DNA of 64,000 nucleotides from an uncultured Collinsella sp. (GTDB lineage Bacteria; Actinomycetota; Coriobacteriia; Coriobacteriales; Coriobacteriaceae): NCBI GenBank assembly GCA_959019945.1, contig CAUEQD010000006.1, positions 47,611 to 111,610 of the forward strand, read 5' to 3'. Shown piece by piece: positions 57,662 to 64,000 of this stretch (position 1 is its first letter; each line of letters starts with the position of its first letter). The notes under the pieces were generated by a model. It saw only the letters and a program-made list of their open reading frames with translations, ran no database searches and was not told where the DNA came from. The position numbers and the translations under genes were made by a program.

Positions 57662-58738
57662 ATGTCCGACAATATGCAGCCTATCGATGAAACTCTGGAC
57701 GACGAGTCCCTGGATGCGGTGGATGCCGAAGCGAACGATGCCTATGAGGATGTCGAGGAGTTCGATCCGTTTGAGGGCATGAGCGACGAGGAACTCGACG
57801 CCCTGTGCGACGAGGGCGACAGCCTCGCGGGCTTTGGCGACGTTGAGCCTGGTTTCCGCAGCGGCTTCGTGGCGCTGGTCGGCCGCCCCAACGCCGGCAA
57901 GTCCACGCTGCTCAACGCCTGCTATGGCAAAAAGGTCGCCATCACCTCGCCGGTGGCCCAGACGACCCGCCGCCGCATGCGCGCCGTCGTCAACCGCCCC
58001 GGTTACCAGCTGGTCTTTGTCGATACCCCGGGTATCCACAAGCCCAAGGACGGCCTGGGGTCCGAGCTCAACAAGAGCGCGTTGTTCGAACTGAACGATG
58101 TCGATGTCGTCGCGTTTTTGATTGATGCCACCAAGCCGATCGGCAGGGGAGACGCCTGGGTTGCCGAGCGCGTCAAAAACGCCCGTTCCAAGAAGGTCCT
58201 GGTGCTCACCAAGGCCGATGAGGCCGACCCCGCACAGGTCATGGAGCAGCTTAAGACAGCCCACGAGCTCATGGAATATGACGATGAGATCGTGACGTCG
58301 TCGGTCAAGAACTTCAACGTCGATGCCTTCATTGAGACCGTTGCGCACTTTTTGCCCGAGGGTCCGCGTTGGTTCCCCGAGGACATGGGTACCGACGCTT
58401 CCGACGAGACGCTCGTTGCCGAGTTTGTGCGCGAGAAGGTCTTGCGCCGCACCCGTGATGAGATCCCGCACTCCGTGGGCGTCATCTGTGACGCCCTCGA
58501 GCAGACTAAGAAGGTCCTGCGCGTGCACGCCACGATTTACGTCGAGCGCGAGGGGCAGAAGGGCATCATCATCGGCAAGGGCGGCGAAATGATTAAGCAT
58601 ATCGGCATCAATGCCCGTCGTGACCTTGAGCGTATCTTTGGCACGCAGGTCTTTTTGGAGCTGGACGTGAAGGTCAAGGCCGGCTGGCGCGACGACGAGG
58701 CCCAGATTCGCCGCTTTGGCTACAACGCCGAGGACTAA
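57662..58738 (+). CDS. era: GTPase Era with an acidic N-terminal extension
   Basis: GRPNAGKSTLLN, DTPG, TKAD and a KH domain. Confidence 0.94.
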   Translation: MSDNMQPIDETLDDESLDAVDAEANDAYEDVEEFDPFEGMSDEELDALCDEGDSLAGFGDVEPGFRSGFVALVGRPNAGKSTLLNACYGKKVAITSPVAQTTRRRMRAVVNRPGYQLVFVDTPGIHKPKDGLGSELNKSALFELNDVDVVAFLIDATKPIGRGDAWVAERVKNARSKKVLVLTKADEADPAQVMEQLKTAHELMEYDDEIVTSSVKNFNVDAFIETVAHFLPEGPRWFPEDMGTDASDETLVAEFVREKVLRRTRDEIPHSVGVICDALEQTKKVLRVHATIYVEREGQKGIIIGKGGEMIKHIGINARRDLERIFGTQVFLELDVKVKAGWRDDEAQIRRFGYNAED

Positions 58739-58753
58739 GGGCGCGCGGCGCGC

Positions 58754-59503
58754 ATGGCAGGCTCCCGGACATATCGCACGAAAGTGCTCGTCCTCGACAA
58801 GACGAAGCTCAAAGAGACGGACCTGATCCTTACGATGCTTGACGAGCGGGGTCGGCAGGTTCGTGCCGTGGCGAAGGGCGCCCGCAAACCCGGTGGGCGC
58901 CTGGCTGCGCGCTGCGAGCTGTTCTGTACCGTCGATATGCTGCTCGCGCATGGACGGTCGCTCGACGTGGTTTCCCAAGCCGAGCTTATGGAGGCGCCGC
59001 TCGGCGCTGCGCCCGATTACGAGACGACCTGCGCCGCAAGCGCGATCGCCGAAGTCGCGCGCGTGTGCTCGTTCGAGGACGCCGAGGACCCGTTTACCTT
59101 TGCTATCACGCAGCGGGCGCTCACGCTTGTCGGCAGCGGGCTCGACGCGGCACATATGGACCTACTTGTGGCGGCATATGTCTTTAAGCTGCTATCGCAC
59201 GTTGGCTATCGTCCCGATTTTTCGGCCTGTGTGCTGTGCGGAGACCCCATGCTGTCGTATTTTTCAGCCCAGGCGGGCGGTCTCATGTGCGGGTCGTGCG
59301 CGTCGAGCGTTCCAGGTGCCGAACTGGTGTCGACCGGTGAGACCGCATGGCTGCGCGCCCTCATGTCCATGACCTTCGATGCGCTCATGGCCGAGCGAAT
59401 CGACCCGCATACGGCGGCATTCCTGCTCGGGCTTTCGCATGTTTGGGCTGCGACGCACACCGATCAGCGCCTCCGCGCGATGGAATTCATGTTGGGTCGG
59501 TGA
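58754..59503 (+). CDS. recO: DNA repair protein RecO
   Basis: An OB-fold N-terminus and the zinc motif CVLCG...CGSC. The synteny era-recO is conserved. Confidence 0.88.
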   Translation: MAGSRTYRTKVLVLDKTKLKETDLILTMLDERGRQVRAVAKGARKPGGRLAARCELFCTVDMLLAHGRSLDVVSQAELMEAPLGAAPDYETTCAASAIAEVARVCSFEDAEDPFTFAITQRALTLVGSGLDAAHMDLLVAAYVFKLLSHVGYRPDFSACVLCGDPMLSYFSAQAGGLMCGSCASSVPGAELVSTGETAWLRALMSMTFDALMAERIDPHTAAFLLGLSHVWAATHTDQRLRAMEFMLGR

Positions 59504-59641
59504 TGATGCGCAGGCGCGGGCTGCTTGTGGTAACATACCGACCTGTTGGTACCTCGACCTTGGTTGTTCGCTCCACCGGCGGCTTCCCAGTCCGAGGCGA
59601 ATCGAGTCGCCCGTGGGCGACGCAAAACGAAAGGTGAAACA

Positions 59642-59920
59642 ATGACTGTTTCCAAAGAGCGCAAGGCGGAGCTGACTGCCCAGTTCGGTAACACCCCGGT
59701 CGACACCGGCAACCCCAAGGTTCAGGTCGCCATCCTGTCCGAGCGCATCAAGGAGCTGACCGAGCACATGAAGTCCCACCAGAAGGACTTCCACACCCGT
59801 CGTGGTCTGCTCATGCTCGTCGGTCGTCGTCGTCGTCTTCTCTCCTACATCAAGAAGAACGACATCGTCGAGTACCGTGAGCTCATCAAGGCTCTGGGCA
59901 TCCGCGACAACATCCAGTAG
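59642..59920 (+). CDS. rpsO: 30S ribosomal protein S15
   Basis: GNPKVQVAILSERIKELTEHMKSHQKDFHTRRGLLMLVGRRRRLLSY. Confidence 0.94.
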   Translation: MTVSKERKAELTAQFGNTPVDTGNPKVQVAILSERIKELTEHMKSHQKDFHTRRGLLMLVGRRRRLLSYIKKNDIVEYRELIKALGIRDNIQ

Positions 59921-59935
59921 GATTTGTACATGCTA

Positions 59936-59967
59936 AGAGCGTCCTGCGCAGCGGGGCGCTCTTTTTG
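59936..59967 (+). terminator. Terminator after rpsO
   Basis: AGAGCGTCC-N8-GGGGCGCTCT followed by TTTT. Confidence 0.65.
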
Positions 59968-60069
59968 TGTAAGGGCGTGAACAATCACGCTCTGAAGCGT
60001 GGCGGGGGCAGGGGGCCCGCGTCACATGAGAAGCCCGCAGGCAAGGGGCCTGTGGGGTAAAGGAGAACA

Positions 60070-62316
60070 ATGACACTCGTATCCAAGACCTTTGAGCTGT
60101 ACGGCAAGACCTACACCTTTGAGTCGGGCGAGCTTGCCAAGCAGGCCACCGGCGCCTGCCTGGTCAAGCAGGGCGACACCACCATGCTCGACACCGTGGT
60201 CGTCTCCAAGGAGCGCAAGAACTACGACTTCTTCCCGCTGACCGTCGACTTCAACGAGAAGATGTACGCCGCCGGCCGCATCCCGGGTGGCTACCTCAAG
60301 CGTGAGGGCCGTCCCAGCGAGAAGGCCACGCTCACCGCGCGCATGATCGACCGTCCGATTCGCCCGAGCTTCCCGGATGGCTTCCGCAACGAGGTGCACA
60401 TCGTCGCTACCTCGCTTGTCGCCGACCAGGTCAACCCCTTTGACGTCATCAACGTCATGGGTGCTTCCCTGGCCATGACGCTCGGCGGCGTGCCCTTCGA
60501 GGGCCCGCTTGCCTGTGTGCGCATCGGCCGTAACGTGGAGACCGGCGAGTTTATCGTCAACCCCACCTACGAGGAGCGCGAGAACTCCGATCTGGACCTG
60601 GAGCTGGGTGGATCCGCCGACTTCATCTCGATGGTTGAGGCCGGCGCAGAGGAGATCTCCGAGGACGACATGCTCGCCGCTATGAAGTTTGGCCAGGAGG
60701 CCCTTGCCGCTTTCTGCCAGGCTCAGGACGAGTTCGTCGCCGAGTGGGAGCAGGTTAACGGCCCCATCGTCAAGAAGGAGTACCCGCTCGATCAGCCCGT
60801 CGAGGAGGTCCAGGAGCGCATCTTCGCCCACTACGACGAGATGGCAGCCGCCCTTCGCGATGCCGACAAGCTCTCCCGTATCGGTAAGGTCGAGGCTCTG
60901 AAGGAGTCCATCCGCGCCGAGTTCACCGAGGAGGAGCAGGCCGCTTGGGAGCGCGAGATCCCCGTGGCGCTCAAGAAGCTCGAGAAGAAGGCCATGCGCA
61001 CCATGGTCGTCGAGACCGGCGAGCGCGTCGACGGCCGTGCCGCCGATGAGATCCGCCCCATCATGGTGAAGGACAACTACCTGCCGCTCGTTCACGGCTC
61101 CGGCCTGTTCCAGCGTGGCCAGACCCAGGTGCTCTCCGTCCTGTCGCTTGGTATGCTCAACGAGGGCCAGCGTCTGGATACCATCGAGCCCACCGAGGGC
61201 AAGCGCTACATGCACCACTACAACTTCCCGCCGTTCTGCACCGGCGAGACTGGTCGCATGGGCAGCCCCAAGCGCCGCGAGATCGGTCATGGCAACCTGG
61301 CCGAGCGCGCTCTGCTTCCGGTGCTCCCCGACGAGAACGAGTTCCCCTACGCCATCCGCGTCGTCTCCGAGGTCATGGAGTCCAACGGCTCCTCTTCGAT
61401 GGCTTCGACCTGCGGCTCCACGCTCGCCCTTATGGACGGCGGCGTGCCCATTAAGCGCCCGGTCTCCGGTATCGCCATGGGCCTGATCCAGGAGGAGGGC
61501 AAGACCGTGGTCCTGTCCGACATCCAGGGTCTCGAGGACTTCCTGGGCGACATGGACTTTAAGGTCACCGGCACCACCGAGGGCATCACCGCTCTGCAGA
61601 TGGACAACAAGGCCACCGGTCTTACCTTCGACATCCTGGCCCGCGCCCTGCAGCAGGCCAAGGAGGGTCGCGCCTTCATCCTGCAGAAGATGCTCGATGT
61701 GATCCCCGAGCCGCGTCATACCACGCGCAGCACCGCTCCGCGCATCGTTTCCATCCAGGTTCCGACCGATAAGATCCGCGACGTCATCGGTTCCGGCGGT
61801 AAGGTCATCCGCGGTATCCAGGACGAGACCGGCGCTTCGGTCGACATCCAGGAGGACGGCACCGTCTTTGTCGGCGGCACCGGCGAGTCCGTCGATCAGG
61901 CCGTCGAGCGCATCAAGCTCATCATCAAGGTTCCCGAGCCGGGCGAGGAGTACACCGGTCGCGTGGTCTCCATCCAGCCCTTCGGCGCCTTCGTGAACCT
62001 GCTGCCCGGTAAGGACGGCCTGCTGCACATCTCCCGCGTCGCCAAGGGTCGCGTGGAGAAGGTTGAGGACGTCCTCAACGTGGGCGACGAGGTCAAGGTC
62101 GTCGTCATCGAGGTCGACGATCGCGGCAAGATCTCGCTCGATCGTCTCGACAAGCCCGAGGCCCCGGCTCGCGCCGAGGGTGCCTCCGAGGGCGACGGCG
62201 AGCACTTCCAGCGTCGCGAGCGTCCGCGTCGCGAGCGCTCCGAGCGCAGCGACCGTCCGCGCCGTCCCGGCGACAACGGAGGCCGCAAGCCCCGTCGCCA
62301 CCATGACGCCGAGTAA
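60070..62316 (+). CDS. pnp: Polyribonucleotide nucleotidyltransferase (PNPase) with an Arg-rich C-terminal tail
   Basis: Two RNase PH domains (GSSSMASTCG), plus KH and S1 domains. AAAGGAGA lies upstream. Confidence 0.96.
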   Translation: MTLVSKTFELYGKTYTFESGELAKQATGACLVKQGDTTMLDTVVVSKERKNYDFFPLTVDFNEKMYAAGRIPGGYLKREGRPSEKATLTARMIDRPIRPSFPDGFRNEVHIVATSLVADQVNPFDVINVMGASLAMTLGGVPFEGPLACVRIGRNVETGEFIVNPTYEERENSDLDLELGGSADFISMVEAGAEEISEDDMLAAMKFGQEALAAFCQAQDEFVAEWEQVNGPIVKKEYPLDQPVEEVQERIFAHYDEMAAALRDADKLSRIGKVEALKESIRAEFTEEEQAAWEREIPVALKKLEKKAMRTMVVETGERVDGRAADEIRPIMVKDNYLPLVHGSGLFQRGQTQVLSVLSLGMLNEGQRLDTIEPTEGKRYMHHYNFPPFCTGETGRMGSPKRREIGHGNLAERALLPVLPDENEFPYAIRVVSEVMESNGSSSMASTCGSTLALMDGGVPIKRPVSGIAMGLIQEEGKTVVLSDIQGLEDFLGDMDFKVTGTTEGITALQMDNKATGLTFDILARALQQAKEGRAFILQKMLDVIPEPRHTTRSTAPRIVSIQVPTDKIRDVIGSGGKVIRGIQDETGASVDIQEDGTVFVGGTGESVDQAVERIKLIIKVPEPGEEYTGRVVSIQPFGAFVNLLPGKDGLLHISRVAKGRVEKVEDVLNVGDEVKVVVIEVDDRGKISLDRLDKPEAPARAEGASEGDGEHFQRRERPRRERSERSDRPRRPGDNGGRKPRRHHDAE

Positions 62317-62340
62317 TAGCTACACATAAGCAGCTCAACA

Positions 62341-62372
62341 AGGGCGACTCCGGACAGGGGTCGCCCTTTTTG
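62341..62372 (+). terminator. Rho-independent terminator after pnp
   Basis: AGGGCGAC-N11-GTCGCCCT followed by TTTT. Confidence 0.8.
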
Positions 62373-62479
62373 CTTGCGCGCGGGGGCGGCGCATATGAAG
62401 TTTCCTGCTCTACAGTCCTGCGCAAGACGGAAAGCACATTAAGTGCTTTCCTTTGCGTTCAAGACTTTAGTCTGCTGGG

Positions 62480-63210
62480 CGCGCAGCGGCCAGCTTTAAA
62501 CCACCCGCTATGCGGGTGGAGACAAACGGCTTTACAAAGCCACCCCTCCGACCGATATTGACGATTGTTCAGGCCGTCAAGAATTCGAGTCGAAGGGGTG
62601 GTCGCCATGGCCCAGAAGGCCTACAGCCTTTCCCACACGAAGTGGATGTGCAAGTACCACATCGTGTTCACGCCGAAGTATAGGCGCAAAGTGATCTACA
62701 ACCAAATCAGGAGCGACATAGGGGAGATCCTCAGGAAGCTGTGCGAGTACAAGGGGATCGAGATAATCGAGGGGCACCTGATGCCCGACCACGCGCACGT
62801 GCTGCTGGCGATCCCGCCGAAGTACAGCGTCGCGAGCGTCATGGGCTACCTGAAGGGGAAGAGCTCGCTGATGATATTCGACAGGCACGCCAACCTCAAG
62901 TACAAGTTCGGCAACAGGAAGTTCTGGGCGGAGGGCTGCTACGTGTCCGCCGTCGGCCTGAACGAGGCGACGGTCGCCAAGTACATCAGGGAGCAGGAGT
63001 CCCACGACATCGCGCTGGACAAGCTGAGCGTGAAGGAGTACGAGGACCCCTTCAAGAGGGGGTGATCCCGCCGGTTCGACCGGCACGCCACGGGTCAAGA
63101 TGCACTAGGCCTGGACGAAGTCCGGGCCCGCGCCTTTAGACGCGAGCCCGGAGCCCGTGGGTTATACCCTAAGAGCAAACCACCCTTTTTAAGGGTGGTT
63201 CTGATTGCGG
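62480..63210 (+). mobile_element. IS200/IS605-family insertion sequence (boundaries approximate)
   Basis: tnpA is flanked by related subterminal hairpins CCACCCGC-TAT-GCGGGTGG (62501-62519) and AACCACCCTT-TTT-AAGGGTGGTT (63178-63200). Confidence 0.75.
62607..63065 (+). CDS. tnpA: IS200/IS605 family transposase TnpA (HUH, Y1)
   Basis: KYHIVFTPKYRRK, PDHAHVLLAIPP (HUH) and the GCYVSAVG catalytic Tyr region. Confidence 0.93.
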   Translation: MAQKAYSLSHTKWMCKYHIVFTPKYRRKVIYNQIRSDIGEILRKLCEYKGIEIIEGHLMPDHAHVLLAIPPKYSVASVMGYLKGKSSLMIFDRHANLKYKFGNRKFWAEGCYVSAVGLNEATVAKYIREQESHDIALDKLSVKEYEDPFKRG

Positions 63211-63345
63211 AACTCGCGATAAACTTCATATGAGTCCCTCCCGGGCGCAAGCAAAAGGGCTGGTTAACGCTGTTGGTAGCTTGCTGGTCTTCTGTTCTTA
63301 GTTGATATACTTTTTCGCATCTAACGCTTAGCCTAGGGGGTTGGC

Positions 63346-63966
63346 ATGACAAATAAGGTTGAATGGGACCGCATGATTGCCGGGGAGCTCTATAGCCCCT
63401 ATCGGGTTAACGACCATTCGTTTAGTAGGGTGCATGCGGCTCAGAAGTTGTTTAATGAGTCGGAGTATTGGGCTGATTCGAGCGCCTTTGAGGAACTAAA
63501 GAAGTGTTTTCGCGTTGCTCCGGACGATATGGTCTTAACGGCTCCCGTTTATTTTGATCACGGCGACAGGGTTTCGTTTGGTAACCATTTCTATGCGAAT
63601 ACCGGTTTGACGATTCTGGACGAAAATTACGTGACCTTTGGCGACAACGTCTTTCTAGGACCCCATGTGAGTATATTTACTGCTGGGCATCCAATTGACG
63701 CCGATGTGCGCAATCTAGACCTCGAGTATGCTAAGCCTGTCGTAATCGGCAACAACATCTGGATGGGCGGCGGGGTGATTATCAATCCGGGCGTATCAAT
63801 CGGAGACGATGTGGTCATAGCCTCAGGTTCAGTTGTTGTTAAAGACGTTCCAAGCCACGTCATCATCGGCGGCAATCCAGCTCATATCATTCGAGAGATT
63901 ACCGACAGCGATCGCAAGCTCTGGCAAGGCCAGCTGAATGCCTACAACGAGGCAATTGGATCATAG
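63346..63966 (+). CDS. maa: Maltose/galactoside O-acetyltransferase family (left-handed beta-helix)
   Basis: The N-terminal Mac domain is MIAGELYSPY. Hexapeptide repeats: IGNNIWMGGGVIINPGVSIGDDVVIASGSVV...GGNPA. Confidence 0.88.
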   Translation: MTNKVEWDRMIAGELYSPYRVNDHSFSRVHAAQKLFNESEYWADSSAFEELKKCFRVAPDDMVLTAPVYFDHGDRVSFGNHFYANTGLTILDENYVTFGDNVFLGPHVSIFTAGHPIDADVRNLDLEYAKPVVIGNNIWMGGGVIINPGVSIGDDVVIASGSVVVKDVPSHVIIGGNPAHIIREITDSDRKLWQGQLNAYNEAIGS

Positions 63967-64000
63967 CCTCGGCATTCCCGCAGATAAAACCTACTAAAAC

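Overview
The window looks like a high-GC Gram-positive chromosome. Gene content and order suggest an actinobacterium, possibly an anaerobic Coriobacteriia-like lineage (mihF, adhE, ppdK); this is inference only. From about 9.7 kb to 62.4 kb it is an ordinary, mostly plus-strand housekeeping backbone: ppdK, rplS-rnhB-yraN-comM-dprA-trmFO-xerC, rpsB-tsf-pyrH-frr-uppS-cdsA-dxr-rseP-ispG-proS, adhE, rpmB, pyrRBCKDF, mihF-gmk-rpoZ-thiI, comEA-comEC-holA, rpsT, lepA-dus-hemW-dnaJ-dnaJ-mtaB-phoH-ybeY-dgkA-era-recO, rpsO-pnp. The first ~9.4 kb is visibly AT-richer and looks like an accessory island. It carries two radical-SAM peptide-modification-like modules. Module A (1-1558, minus strand) is a 241-aa protein with a Nif11/NHLP-like N-terminus and an Asn-Ala repeat core, translationally coupled to a radical SAM/SPASM enzyme that runs off the window. 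Module B (3781-6089, minus strand) is a PqqD-like RRE fusion protein, then a radical SAM enzyme whose SPASM-like tail has no cysteines, then a Cys-free Val/Ala/Asn/Asp-rich 60-aa ORF. The island also holds two small membrane proteins of immunity-protein type (DUF1648/SdpI-like and DUF3784-like), an ABC exporter and a degenerate ABC ATPase. I consider this island the best candidate for an undescribed RiPP-type system. Mobile DNA elsewhere includes a RayT-like Y1 transposase flanked by inverted REP-like doublets, and an IS200/IS605 element downstream of pnp. All calls rest on by-eye motif recognition, Shine-Dalgarno inspection and synteny. No database search was possible.
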